A DNA stretch of 64,000 nt from an uncultured Desulfospira sp. (lineage in GTDB: Bacteria > Desulfobacterota > Desulfobacteria > Desulfobacterales > Desulfobacteraceae). The translations under genes were made by a program, and so were the position numbers. Under the pieces are notes generated by a model that was not told the origin of the DNA, searched no databases, and saw only the letters and a list, made by a program, of their open reading frames with translations. The stretch spans positions 5,088,001-5,152,000 of the forward strand of contig OY760175.1 in the NCBI GenBank assembly GCA_963663165.1, written 5' to 3'. Shown here piece by piece: positions 1 to 10,132 of this stretch; the stretch's first letter is position 1, and each line of letters opens with the position of its first letter.

Positions 1-1
1 G

Positions 2-670
2 GATGATGTGGACATGGAATTTGCCGTCAACACCGCAGCCTTCGGGGCCTTTCTCCATCAAGGGCAGATCTGTATTGCATCGGGACGGATCATTTTTGAA
101 GGTGACCGGATCAATGAATTTGGGGAAAAATTGGCCCAAAAGGCCCGGCAGCTGCCCTGGGGTGATCCGGAAAAGCAGGACACCGTGGTGGGGCCCCTCA
201 TCAATGACAGCCAGGTGGCGCGGGTGGATGCCCTGGTCAAAGATGCCGTGGCCAAAGGTGCCGCACTTCTGGCCGGCGGAACCTTTGAAGGCCGGGTGTA
301 TGAACCGACCGTGCTGCTCAATGTCACGCCGGACATGGATATCTATTACCAGGAAACCTTCGGGCCTGTGGCCAGCATCATATCCGTCAAAGATGATCAG
401 GAAGCCCTAAGTGTTGCCAATGATACCGAGTACGGCCTGTCCGCCGGAATCCTGACCCGGGACATTTACAAGGCCGTCACCCTGGCCGAGCAGGTCCAAG
501 CCGGAATGGTTCATATCAATGACAGCTCCATTGATGCCGATGCCTGCTGCCCCTTTGGCGGGGTTAAAAGCAGCGGCAAAGGCAGGGAAGGCGGGCGGTA
601 TTCCATTGAAGAGTTTACCGAGGTTAAATGGGTGACCCTCCAGAAAGGCATTAAGGGATATCCGTTTTAA
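2..670 (+). CDS. Aldehyde dehydrogenase (benzaldehyde/vanillin-DH-like), 5'-truncated by window edge
   Basis: Catalytic GQICIA Cys motif, ETFGPV, ANDTEYGLSAGI and PFGGVKSSG motifs; frame is open to position 2. Confidence 0.92.
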   Translation, partial: DDVDMEFAVNTAAFGAFLHQGQICIASGRIIFEGDRINEFGEKLAQKARQLPWGDPEKQDTVVGPLINDSQVARVDALVKDAVAKGAALLAGGTFEGRVYEPTVLLNVTPDMDIYYQETFGPVASIISVKDDQEALSVANDTEYGLSAGILTRDIYKAVTLAEQVQAGMVHINDSSIDADACCPFGGVKSSGKGREGGRYSIEEFTEVKWVTLQKGIKGYPF

Positions 671-690
671 CAGATTGTCTTAAAGCTTTC

Positions 691-724
691 CGGCGCGCCG
701 GTTTTTATATCCGGCGCAGCCGGT
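691..724. terminator. GC-rich hairpin between convergent genes
   Basis: ccggcgcgccgg-ttttatat-ccggcgcagccgg imperfect inverted repeat right after the ALDH stop. Confidence 0.55.
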
Positions 725-750
725 ATTTTCGGGGATAATGAGGTGTCCCC

Positions 751-1410
751 CTAGTATCCTTGAATGGAAGAAATATATTTTACCAGGGGGCTCATAAATT
801 GATTGTTGGCGTTGGAGAATTCAATACCGATGGACAGCTGGCTGTCTTCTCTTCCGATATTCCGGATAGAGCCCATGGCGGAAAGTTCATCAGCCACTCC
901 CGGCAGAAGGCAAAAGATTCGAAGAGGGTCTCCTTCTTTGAATGACACCAGGCCCTTCCTTGTCTCCTGATACCTGAAGCAGCATCCATATCTGCTGATA
1001 TCAAACACCACAACCGACAGTTCATGGCTTTTAAACTCAACCCTGCCGGGAATCGCCACATTATTTCTTCTGCTGGACCGAAGTTCCTGATTCTGGACTA
1101 TTTTGGGATATTCAATGGCAATGGTCCGGATGGGATGGGTTATGATTTCAATGATTTCGCTCTGGAATGCATACAGCGAACCGTTATGCAGGTATTTAAC
1201 CACCATTTTATTGCCCGGAAACAGCTTGCTTTGAACCGTTTTGAATCTTTTGGGCAAGGTGATAATGACATATTCATCGCTGAACAGCCCAACAAATACA
1301 CTGGAAACATTGAAGCCGACACCCTCTATGCTAAGGTAAACGATGGTGCCTATTTCAATATTCAGAGTTTGAGATTTTTTCAAGTTTAAAAAAGCTTCCA
1401 CGCCGGCCAT
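751..1410 (-). CDS. YcgR-like flagellar brake / PilZ-domain c-di-GMP effector
   Basis: RSSRR (RxxxR) and DISRYG (DxSxxG) PilZ motifs after an N-terminal PilZN-like region. Confidence 0.85.
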   Translation of the reverse strand: MAGVEAFLNLKKSQTLNIEIGTIVYLSIEGVGFNVSSVFVGLFSDEYVIITLPKRFKTVQSKLFPGNKMVVKYLHNGSLYAFQSEIIEIITHPIRTIAIEYPKIVQNQELRSSRRNNVAIPGRVEFKSHELSVVVFDISRYGCCFRYQETRKGLVSFKEGDPLRIFCLLPGVADELSAMGSIRNIGREDSQLSIGIEFSNANNQFMSPLVKYISSIQGY

Positions 1411-1548
1411 AGGTTTTCCTTTCGCGAAACGTTTTCCCGCTTGATTCCACTCTCATTCCATGCAAAAAAATAAAATGTCTAGTATGAATTCGCTTCTGGT
1501 TTGTCAAGTTAAATTCTCAACGCCGGCAGGGTAACCGCATCCCTGGAC

Positions 1549-1694
1549 AGTCGAAATCGAAATCGTTATCGAAATTGAAATCGAGCGAACCTTGAAACCA
1601 ATTTTAATTTGGGCAGGAGTGGGCCATGCCCACGATTCGTGGGCATGGCCCACTCTACAAGGTTACGTTTCATGCTCTTGTTCAAATCGTTTAG
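1549..1694. repeat. REP/REPIN-like palindromic element, copy 1
   Basis: Palindrome agtgggccatgcccacga-t-tcgtgggcatggcccact preceded by GAAATC hexamers; homologous in reverse orientation to 51770-51915. Confidence 0.75.
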
Positions 1695-2088
1695 CTCGGT
1701 GGATAAAAGAATTGTGTTGCCATCAAATTTTCCGATTTCGATTTCGAGCGGTACCCTTATTTAAACCGGGGTTTCTGAAAATAAGGAATTTTGGAGATTG
1801 AGTGTATTATCATAAATGTGGTTACCCTGGGCCTTTGCCCCCGGTGTGATCAAAGGAGAGCGGTATACGCCCGAAGGCATGGCCGGCGTGAACAAATGAT
1901 CAACCCAAAGAAAATTTAGATCATGCCTTTCACGGTCCGGCCGGGTAAAAAGGTCATGGGGAGAAGCGCGGCCATGCGCCATTTTTTTTCGAATGGAAAA
2001 TGAGCCGTGAAAAGGGGTTCATGATCAAGGTAGAATTTGATAAAATTGTAAAAATTGGGGCGAACCTCTAACAGCAAAGAAAAAAACA

Positions 2089-3972
2089 ATGACCAGCAAA
2101 GCATTGGAACTCCTGGCCCCGGCAAAGGACCTGGAAACCGGGATGGCAGCCATCAACCACGGGGCAGATGCCGTTTACATCGGGGCCCGGCAGTTCAGCG
2201 CCCGGAGCGCGGCCGCAAATTCCATCAAAGAGATTGAGAACCTGGCCTGCCATGCCCATTTTTATGGGGCCAGGGTGTATGCGGCCTTTAACACCATTCT
2301 CTTTGACCATGAACTGGAAGAGGCCCGACAGCTGATCCATGAACTATGGGAAGCCGGGGTGGACGCCCTGATTATCCAGGATATGGGGATTCTGGAAATG
2401 GATCTGCCGCCGATTCCTCTGTTTGCCAGCACCCAGTGTGACAACCGGACCTGGGAAAAGGTGAAGTTTTTAGAGGATACCGGGTTTGACCGGGTGATCC
2501 TGGCAAGGGAACTGGGGCTTGAGGAAATCAGCAACATCCGGGAAAAAACCACTGTGGCGCTGGAGGCCTTTGTTCACGGTGCCCTGTGCGTGGGATACAG
2601 CGGCCAATGCTATCTGAGCGCCGCCATTGGGGGCCGGAGCGCCAACAGAGGCGGCTGCGGCCAGCCCTGCCGCCTGCCCTGGACCCTGACCGACCAAACC
2701 GGCCGGGTGTTGGAAAAAGAGTCCCACCTCTTGTCGTTAAAGGACATGAACCGGTCGGATTATCTGGAATCCCTGGTCCGGGCCGGCATCACCTCGTTTA
2801 AAATTGAGGGCCGTCTTAAGAATGCGGCCTATGTCAAAAATATCACGGCCTTTTACCGGCAGAAAATCGATGCATTACTGGAAGGCCGGGCCGGAACAAA
2901 TCAAGAATTTCGGGCGGCATCTTCCGGAAAAACAAAGGTTTTCTTTGCGCCTGATCCTAAAAAAACCTTTAACCGGAATCAGACCGATTATTTTTTGTTT
3001 GGAAACGGGCCGGATCAGAAGGGGCGGATCCACGCCTTTTTTACCCCCAAATCCATGGGGGAGAAATTGGGGCAGGCAAACCGGGTGGAATCCGGATTTT
3101 TTACCCTGTCCGGAACCTGTGATGTGGTCAGTGGGGACGGCCTCTGCTTTGAGGGCCGGAATGGGACGCTTGCCGGGTTTTATGTAGAAAAGTCAGATCA
3201 GGGAAAGATCATGCCATCCGGCCGGGCAGGCAGTTTGAAAAAATTACTCACGCCCGGCGCCACCATTTTCAGGAATCATGATCACAGCTTTTTAAAACAG
3301 CTTTCAGGAAAATCTGCTGAACGGAAAATCGGACTTGAGATGCGGTTCTATGAGACCCGTGACGGATTTGCCCTGGAGGGCCGGGACGAGGACGGAATTA
3401 CCGCCCGGACTGTCCTGGACGGTGAAAAAATCCCTGCAAAAAATACATCCATAGCCCGGGCCACCCTGGAAAAACAGCTGGGAAAGCTGGGCAATACGCC
3501 CTTTTATCTGAAAAGCCTTAAGATCCAATCCGGGGCGTGGTTCCTGCCGGTCAAAGCCCTTAACCAGGCCCGGCGGGACCTGGTTGAGGCCCTGGTCACC
3601 GCCCGGCAGGAACGAACTGTCCGGAAACCCCCGAAAAATGAGCGCCGAATCGTCCCTTATCCGGAAAAGAACCTGGGCTTTACCGCCAATGTGGCCAATG
3701 GCCTGGCCATTCAATTTTATCAAAAACGGGGGGTGGTACAGATTGAGCCTGCTTTTGAACTTGAGGAAAGTGAGCCGCCAGCCACAGAAAAACAGGTTAT
3801 GGTATCCCGGCATTGTATCCAGAATGCCCTTGGCCGCTGTCCCAAAGCCGGGGGTAAATCATCCCCCGGCGGCTGGAACGGGCCGGTTTTTATTCAAAAC
3901 CATATGGGCCGCTTTGAACTGCGGTTTAACTGCGCCAGATGTGAAATGGAGGTATGGTGCCTGCCGGGTTAA
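2089..3972 (+). CDS. rlhA: Peptidase U32 family protein, RlhA-type (23S rRNA C2501 hydroxylation) with DUF3656-like C-terminus
   Basis: ELLAPA, GADAVYIG, HGALCxxYSGQC...NRGGCGQPCR Fe-S motif, SFKIEGR; 627 aa. Confidence 0.8.
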   Translation: MTSKALELLAPAKDLETGMAAINHGADAVYIGARQFSARSAAANSIKEIENLACHAHFYGARVYAAFNTILFDHELEEARQLIHELWEAGVDALIIQDMGILEMDLPPIPLFASTQCDNRTWEKVKFLEDTGFDRVILARELGLEEISNIREKTTVALEAFVHGALCVGYSGQCYLSAAIGGRSANRGGCGQPCRLPWTLTDQTGRVLEKESHLLSLKDMNRSDYLESLVRAGITSFKIEGRLKNAAYVKNITAFYRQKIDALLEGRAGTNQEFRAASSGKTKVFFAPDPKKTFNRNQTDYFLFGNGPDQKGRIHAFFTPKSMGEKLGQANRVESGFFTLSGTCDVVSGDGLCFEGRNGTLAGFYVEKSDQGKIMPSGRAGSLKKLLTPGATIFRNHDHSFLKQLSGKSAERKIGLEMRFYETRDGFALEGRDEDGITARTVLDGEKIPAKNTSIARATLEKQLGKLGNTPFYLKSLKIQSGAWFLPVKALNQARRDLVEALVTARQERTVRKPPKNERRIVPYPEKNLGFTANVANGLAIQFYQKRGVVQIEPAFELEESEPPATEKQVMVSRHCIQNALGRCPKAGGKSSPGGWNGPVFIQNHMGRFELRFNCARCEMEVWCLPG

Positions 3973-3977
3973 CCCTT

Positions 3978-5039
3978 CTATTGAACATCGATAATGCCCA
4001 CCTCCTCAAAGGTTTTAATATCGGCCAGGACCCGGGTTGAAATATCCAGCAGTTCCATGCAGACCGCGGCGCCGGTTCCCTCTCCCAAGCGGAACCGAAG
4101 GTCAATGAGCGGTTCAAGGCCGAGATGCTCATGCATGTAGGCATGGCCGATTTCCACGGATTTGTGGCTGGCGAACAGGTAATTTCTGGCGGCCGGGCTT
4201 AGTTCACAGGCAATGAGTGCCCCTGCCGTGGAGATCAGGCCGTCACAGATCACGGGAATCCCTTTGGCCGCAGCGCCCAGGACCAGCCCGGCAAGCCCCC
4301 CGATTTCAAGTCCCCCGACCTTGGACAGGACATCAATGGGATCGTTGGGATCGGGGTTATGAAGGGCAAGCCCCCGTTTAATGGCGCTTATTTTATTTTC
4401 AAGCCCTTTATCGTCAATGCCGGTTCCCCTGCCGGTGAGCTTTTCCACTTCAATTCCGGAAAAGGCGGCAATAACCGCAGACGACGGGGTGGTGTTGCCG
4501 ATGCCCATGTCTCCGGTGCCCAGAAGGTCCACAGGCCGTTCAGCATCCAGTTCATTGACGATTTCAATACCCGCTTCAATGGACCGGACCGCCTCGTCCC
4601 GGGTCATGGCCGGTTCTTTGGTAAAATTGGCGGTGCCATGCCGGACTTTTTTATGAAAAATGGGCAGGTCCGGCGCAAAATCATGGGCCACCCCGATGTC
4701 CGCGGCTTTCACCGATGCCCCGGCATGTTTTCCGATCACGTTGACCGAAGCCCCGCCATTGGCAAAGTTGTAAACCATCTGGGGGGTAACGTCAGAGGGA
4801 AACAGGCTGACCCCTTCTTCTACCACCCCGTGGTCTCCGGCACAGGTGATAATCTGTTTGTTGGTCAGTTTAACGTCAATACATCCTTTAATGCCGGCAA
4901 GCCTGGCTGAAATATCTTCCATGATCCCTAAGCTTCCGGCTGGCTTGGCCTGGTTGGCAAGCCGTTCCTTTGCCCTGTTAAAGGCGTCCTCATCGATGGT
5001 CCGGCTGATGCGGCCAAGGGTCTGGTCAAGTAAACTCAT
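3978..5039 (-). CDS. cobT: Nicotinate-nucleotide--benzimidazole phosphoribosyltransferase
   Basis: KPAGSLG, AGDHGV, GDMGIGNTT, GRGTG, RLGEGTGA motifs. Confidence 0.95.
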   Translation of the reverse strand: MSLLDQTLGRISRTIDEDAFNRAKERLANQAKPAGSLGIMEDISARLAGIKGCIDVKLTNKQIITCAGDHGVVEEGVSLFPSDVTPQMVYNFANGGASVNVIGKHAGASVKAADIGVAHDFAPDLPIFHKKVRHGTANFTKEPAMTRDEAVRSIEAGIEIVNELDAERPVDLLGTGDMGIGNTTPSSAVIAAFSGIEVEKLTGRGTGIDDKGLENKISAIKRGLALHNPDPNDPIDVLSKVGGLEIGGLAGLVLGAAAKGIPVICDGLISTAGALIACELSPAARNYLFASHKSVEIGHAYMHEHLGLEPLIDLRFRLGEGTGAAVCMELLDISTRVLADIKTFEEVGIIDVQ

Positions 5040-6349
5040 GCGCTTATCCTTTTATCTGTAATGTCTTTATTAAATATTTCCATGCCTTTTTTCATGGCAC
5101 AGAAATCGCCGCACATGGTGCAGGTCTTTTTTTCCAAAGGGGAACGGCTTTCGCGGATCTGCCGGGCCGTGTCCGGGAACATGAGAAAGGCTTCAAGGTC
5201 ATCCCAGCGCATGTCCCGCCGGGCCATCGCGGCCATCTTCTCATTTCCCCGCCGGTCCGGGTACTTGGCAATGTCCCCGATGCGAGCCGCAAGCCTTGTG
5301 GTCCGGACCCCTTCTCTCACATCGGCCACGTTGGGCAGGGCAAGGTGTTCTGCCGGTGTAATGTAGCAGATGAGATCCGCCCCGTACCGTGCCGAGTTTG
5401 CCGCCCCAATGGCCGCGGTAATGTGATCATACCCGGCCCCGGTATCACACGGGATGGGGCCAAGAACATAATAGGGCGCATTGCCGGACATCCGTTTTTC
5501 CAGCATGATATTGCCCTGGATTTCATCCAGGGGCACATGGCCCGGCCCTTCCACCATCATCTGGCAGCCCATATTTCTGCCAAGTTCGGCCAGTTCGCAG
5601 TTGATAATCATCTCCGCCATCTGGGCCCTGTCATGGCTGTCATGGATGGCGCCGGCCCGGATACCGTTGCCAAGAGACAGCACGGCATCATATTTTTTCA
5701 TGAGAGCGCATACCCTGTCAAATTGTTCGTAAAGGGGATTCTCTTTGGTGTTGATATCCATCCAGGCCACCATGTAGGTTCCCCCTTTGGAGGCAAGGCC
5801 CCCGTATCTGAACCCCTGTTTTCTCAACCGTTCAATGGTGTACTGGTTGATGCCGCAGTGAATGGCCATGAAACTTAAGCCGTCTTCGAGCTGTTTTTCA
5901 ATGAGGTCAAACAGGTATTCAGGGTCCAGTCTGCCCGGGTTCTGATATTTCCGGATGGTCTCTTTAAAGGCCTGGTAGAGGGGGACATTGCCCACGGGCA
6001 GGTCTGTGGCCCCAAGAACGGCCTGCCTGATTTCATCCAGGTCTCCGTCGGCAGACAGCTCCATGAGGGTGTCGGCCTGTTCCTCCTGGGCGGCCCTGGC
6101 TTTCTGGACTTCAAAATCAATGTCGCAGATGTCCGAAGAGGTGCCGATGGAGGCGTTGATTTTGGTTCTAAGGCCGGTGCCGATCCCGGAAACCTTCTGG
6201 AATGGGCGATTCCGGTTGCAGGGAATAACGATTTCCCCTTTGGCCACATGGTCAAGAATAAATTCTTCGGTTAGGTTTTCGGTTTGGGAAATGGTCTTCA
6301 TTTCCGGGGTAAGGATGCCCTTCCGGGCATTTTCAAGCTGTGTAGACAT
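5036..6349 (-). CDS. bzaF: ThiC-like radical SAM enzyme, probably 5-hydroxybenzimidazole synthase
   Basis: ThiC-family motifs (KINASIGTS, EGPGHVP, YITPAEHL), C-terminal CTMCGDFC; overlaps cobT by 4 nt and lies under a B12 riboswitch; start MSTQ with GAGG RBS. Confidence 0.8.
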   Translation of the reverse strand: MSTQLENARKGILTPEMKTISQTENLTEEFILDHVAKGEIVIPCNRNRPFQKVSGIGTGLRTKINASIGTSSDICDIDFEVQKARAAQEEQADTLMELSADGDLDEIRQAVLGATDLPVGNVPLYQAFKETIRKYQNPGRLDPEYLFDLIEKQLEDGLSFMAIHCGINQYTIERLRKQGFRYGGLASKGGTYMVAWMDINTKENPLYEQFDRVCALMKKYDAVLSLGNGIRAGAIHDSHDRAQMAEMIINCELAELGRNMGCQMMVEGPGHVPLDEIQGNIMLEKRMSGNAPYYVLGPIPCDTGAGYDHITAAIGAANSARYGADLICYITPAEHLALPNVADVREGVRTTRLAARIGDIAKYPDRRGNEKMAAMARRDMRWDDLEAFLMFPDTARQIRESRSPLEKKTCTMCGDFCAMKKGMEIFNKDITDKRISA

Positions 6350-6469
6350 AGTTTCCTCGCTATGCTTGCCTTTTATGCAAAACCCTCCCCAAAAAAAAGG
6401 GTTTTGCAGAAAGGTGAAATAATTTTCTGCAAAACCCTTTGCCATCAGGTTCTGTTGCCCAAAGGATTT

Positions 6470-6625
6470 CCCGGCACGTCTTCTGACTTTTCGGCTTTGA
6501 ATCCGTTTTTTGCCTTCCCGAAAATTCAGTGGCATTGAAAAAAACGGATATTTCCGATTACAGCGGCGGGACCGTCAGGGAATGTCACCCTGTTCCGTTT
6601 GCCTGGGAACCCCGCAAATTTTAAT
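6470..6625 (-). ncRNA. Cobalamin riboswitch
   Basis: Minus strand reads ggttccc..aaacggaacagggtg..ttccctgacggtcccgccgctgtaa..gccactg..gggaaggc..agtcagaagacgtgcc (B12 box and conserved core), upstream of bzaF-cobT. Confidence 0.92.
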
Positions 6626-6722
6626 CCGGACATTTGCAGCATATCCGGCAGGAAATTTTATACCGGTAACCAAACGGCAAAGTCAAGGGTTGAAAATACT
6701 ATGGGCGGATTTTGCCGGCGTA

Positions 6723-6751
6723 TTGACAGTCTCTCCCCAGGCACGTAACAT
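6723..6751 (+). promoter_or_regulatory. sigma70-type promoter for the TPR gene
   Basis: TTGACA-17 nt-TAACAT. Confidence 0.55.
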
Positions 6752-6945
6752 TATCACCACATTTGAAAATAGTTCTGTTACCATCTCAAGACCCTGACAG
6801 ATGCCGCCAACAGCGAAATCAGAATACCGGCGGCCATCATTTCCATTAAATCGGCCCTCCCAAGGAATCTGCCAACCCTGGATAGTTCACGATATTTTGT
6901 TGTCCTGAATGCCATCAGACATCCGGGATAACGGTAAGGGGGAAT

Positions 6946-8667
6946 ATGAATATTAAACGGCAAAAAAGAGATAACCCGCGGGACCGTTTAACCGTATTCG
7001 TTATCATTCTGGGGATCATCACCGGCTGCTTTATCGGCGTTCTGTTTATCTTCCCATTATTCACGCCGTCTTCCAAACCGGAGAAGCCTTATCACAAAAT
7101 CTATGAAGTAACCAGAGCCTTCCCAAAGAACCCTGAATCCATACCGCTTCCCCAATCCCTTCAAATTTCCCAAGTCATTGAGTTGAGACAGCTGCTGGAA
7201 AATGAACAATTTTTTCGCTTAAACAAGGTGTTGGATGAATACCAGCAGATCTTTGAACAAGACCAGACCGATGAATACAAACTCTATGATGCTTATCAGA
7301 TATTTGGCTGCGCCCTTGCTTCATATGAAGGGTTAATCAATAACTGGATCGCCGCCACCCCGGATCAATATCAGCCTTACCTTGCCATGGCGCACTATTA
7401 TTTTGAACAAGGATGGCTGAACCGGGGAACCAAATGGGCAAAAGATACATCCCGGGAACAATTTAAGAGCATGGGCCGGTGTTTTGAAAAATCTGAGGCC
7501 AACCTTAAAACCGCATTGAAGATGAAGTCCGATTTACCGGGTGCCTATAACCTTTTGATGGGAATTTACAAGGCAGACGGAAAGAGGAGATTCAAAAATC
7601 CCTGGGTCGAGGGGGTTACCGGAATGTTTCCCAACTCACCAAAAATTCAGGCGTTTATTTTCAATATCCTGGCCAAGATTTTCAAGGCAGACCTTTCTGA
7701 AAAAGAAGATCCCATGGAAAAGTTGATTGACGAGACATCCCGCAGGTTCCCGCACTCTTTTCTTTTAAAAGCAAGTGTGTTGTGGTCAAAAGAACCCCGG
7801 TGGGGCGGCAGTTATGAGCAAATGGAAACATTTGCAAAACAGGCGGAAAAAATGACGGATAAGAATCCCAAATTTTTCACGCTTTACGGATTGATTTATT
7901 ATGACCAGGCCAGAGGCTTCAGATCCCGCGACGATTATGATACGGCTTTGAATTTATTGGAGAAAGCACTTAAGTTCGGGGATCATTGGGCCGTTTACAA
8001 TGAACGGGCAAAGATTTATCATTATGATCTGAAGTTATTTGACAAGGCCCTTGAGGATGCCGTCAAAAGTGCCAGGTTAAGGCCGCCCATTTATGAAACC
8101 CGCCTGATGTTGTCAAGAATACCCTATGCAAAGGGCGACTATCCCCACTCCCTTGATGACCTGGAAAAAGCCGAACGGCTCAACCCTGGAAATCCGGAAA
8201 TCCAATCCTGGAGAGAATGGGCTTCTAACCATATGATGAATAACGGCCACCGTTTATTCAAAGTGGATCTCCAAGGGGCCATTGAAAAATATAATATCTG
8301 CCTTGAATTCAACGGCCATAATTTCCAGGCATTTTATTGGAGAGGCTAGGCGTTTAAGCAGCTAAAAAAATTTAAAGAGGCCTTATGGGACTTTCAAGCC
8401 GCCATAAATATCAATCCCCGGCATTTTGAGTCCTATCGCGCCATTGATTATCTTTATGCCCGAAACCATCAGTGGGACGAAATTATCGGTTATTGGAATC
8501 AATTTATTGCACTGGTGCCAGACCATGCCGATGCTTACTTTGAAAGGTCAGGGACCTATTACCACAATAACGATATGGCCAATGCAAAAAAAGACTTAGA
8601 AAAGGCGTGTGACCTGGGAAACAAGAACGCGTGTAAACAATATGCCAAAGTAAAAAATTTGGATTAG
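6946..8667 (+). CDS. Membrane-anchored DUF4034-like/TPR protein with in-frame TAG at 8347-8349 (read-through or nonsense mutation)
   Basis: N-terminal TM helix; WLNRGTKWA and PRWGGSYEQM DUF4034-like motifs; the same frame continues 105 codons past the TAG with intact TPR repeats to TAG at 8665-8667. Confidence 0.75.
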
Positions 8668-8728
8668 TGTTTGAACGGCTAAAGGCTAACAGCTAATGGC
8701 TAAACGCTAACGGCTAACAAAAAGACAA

Positions 8729-8760
8729 CGGCGTTACTAAAATAAATTATAGTAACGCCG
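8729..8760. terminator. Hairpin between convergent TPR and GGDEF genes
   Basis: cggcgttacta-N10-tagtaacgccg perfect 11-bp stem. Confidence 0.65.
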
Positions 8761-8814
8761 CAAGGGTGAGGGTGGTGGTGTTTTTGGGTATATATGGGTG
8801 GTTCTGTGGCGGGC

Positions 8815-9894
8815 TTATGCGTTTTCCTTCATACGGGTGCCGTTTGGGCAGTCTTGTTCTGAACAGACCTTGATCAGACCCGGCATGACCCTGTTCCGGC
8901 CGTTAAGTTTGGCCTTGTACAGCATGGCATCGGCATCCTGGACAAAGGAGGTCATGTCGTGTTCCGACAAAAGACCGGACACCCCGAAGCTTGAGGTGAC
9001 GTTAATTCGTCTGTTTTCATAGGTCAGGGGCAGCCTGGAAATTTTTTCCCGGAGACGGTCTGCCAGCTCTATGGCTTTTGTTTTGTCGGTTTCCGGCAAA
9101 ATGGCGATAAATTCTTCGCCGCCGTACCGGCATAAAATATCGCCCTGCCGCATGCTTTCCCGGACCAGGGCGGAAACTTCCCTTAAAACCATGTCCCCGG
9201 CCAGGTGGCCATAGGTGTCGTTGACCTTTTTAAAGTGGTCCAGATCAAACATGATCAAAGACAGTTCATACTGGTGTCTTTTAGCATTGGATATATGCCG
9301 GTTTAACTGGCTTTCAAACTCCCGGCGGTTGTAACACTGGGTTAACGGGTCCAGGGTGGCGGCGTTTTTTAAGTTTTCAATTCTCACCTGCTTGGACAGG
9401 GCGGCGGCACATCCCTGGAGCATGAGGTTCACCACCTCATCGTGAAAGGGATATAATCTGTGTTCCGGCAGCATATAGAGCCTGGCCTGGAAATCTTCTT
9501 CATCTATTTCATAATATTCAAGATGGTCTATGCTGAATTTTTCCTGAATTTCATGGGGAGCAAATTCATGGTTGATAAAGGTCAGGTTCTTGGGGTGAGG
9601 CAGGTTAAAATCCTGGGCAATCACCCCTTCAATGGATTTTTTATACATTCTCGGGTCAAGCCAGACCTCTACCCGGCCGTCTTTTTTTACGGCAAAGGCA
9701 AACAGCCTGTACCCAAGGATATCTTTGAGGCATGCGGACAGTTCATTGATAATGTCAAGGGCGGAATTCTTTTTGCTCAAGGCCACAATATGACGGCTTA
9801 ATTTGGCATGATCCGCCTGCCGGATGGCTGATCCGAAAATCAATGTGACCAAAGCGGCGGCTTTTTTGGATACTCTTTCAAATGTCTGGTTCAT
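8815..9894 (-). CDS. Diguanylate cyclase (GGDEF domain)
   Basis: DPLT..NRR, DLDHFKKVNDTYGHLAGD, RQGD I-site, YGGEEF. Confidence 0.93.
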   Translation of the reverse strand: MNQTFERVSKKAAALVTLIFGSAIRQADHAKLSRHIVALSKKNSALDIINELSACLKDILGYRLFAFAVKKDGRVEVWLDPRMYKKSIEGVIAQDFNLPHPKNLTFINHEFAPHEIQEKFSIDHLEYYEIDEEDFQARLYMLPEHRLYPFHDEVVNLMLQGCAAALSKQVRIENLKNAATLDPLTQCYNRREFESQLNRHISNAKRHQYELSLIMFDLDHFKKVNDTYGHLAGDMVLREVSALVRESMRQGDILCRYGGEEFIAILPETDKTKAIELADRLREKISRLPLTYENRRINVTSSFGVSGLLSEHDMTSFVQDADAMLYKAKLNGRNRVMPGLIKVCSEQDCPNGTRMKENA

Positions 9895-9950
9895 GGCGGT
9901 TCCCCTTTACCCGGTACCCCGGGTTTATCTAATACTTAAGCATTAAATTA

Positions 9951-9966
9951 TGCAATCGGTATGCCA
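9951..9966 (-). promoter_or_regulatory. sigma54 (-24/-12) promoter of the GGDEF gene
   Basis: Minus strand TGGCATACCGATTGCA, GG-N10-GC. Confidence 0.75.
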
Positions 9967-10132
9967 TCGGACGAGAGATTGATCATTATTGTTTAATATT
10001 AAGCGGTTATATAAAAATTTCACTAATACGGCCCGTTTCAGTGGGAAAATAATGCCGGGCATTTATGGGCCTTTAGCCAATCTTTTGACGGTCCGGCCAA
10101 AGATATGCCTGCACCATGACATATCCTGAAGA

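Noticed and set aside
1790..2050. Possible ncRNA (6S-like long hairpin) or small ORF upstream of rlhA
   Set aside because: Only patchy complementarity, no 6S or riboswitch consensus, and the short ORFs have no recognisable motif.
5036..6535. 499-aa version of the ThiC-like ORF
   Set aside because: The extension runs through the riboswitch; the RBS-supported start is at 6349.
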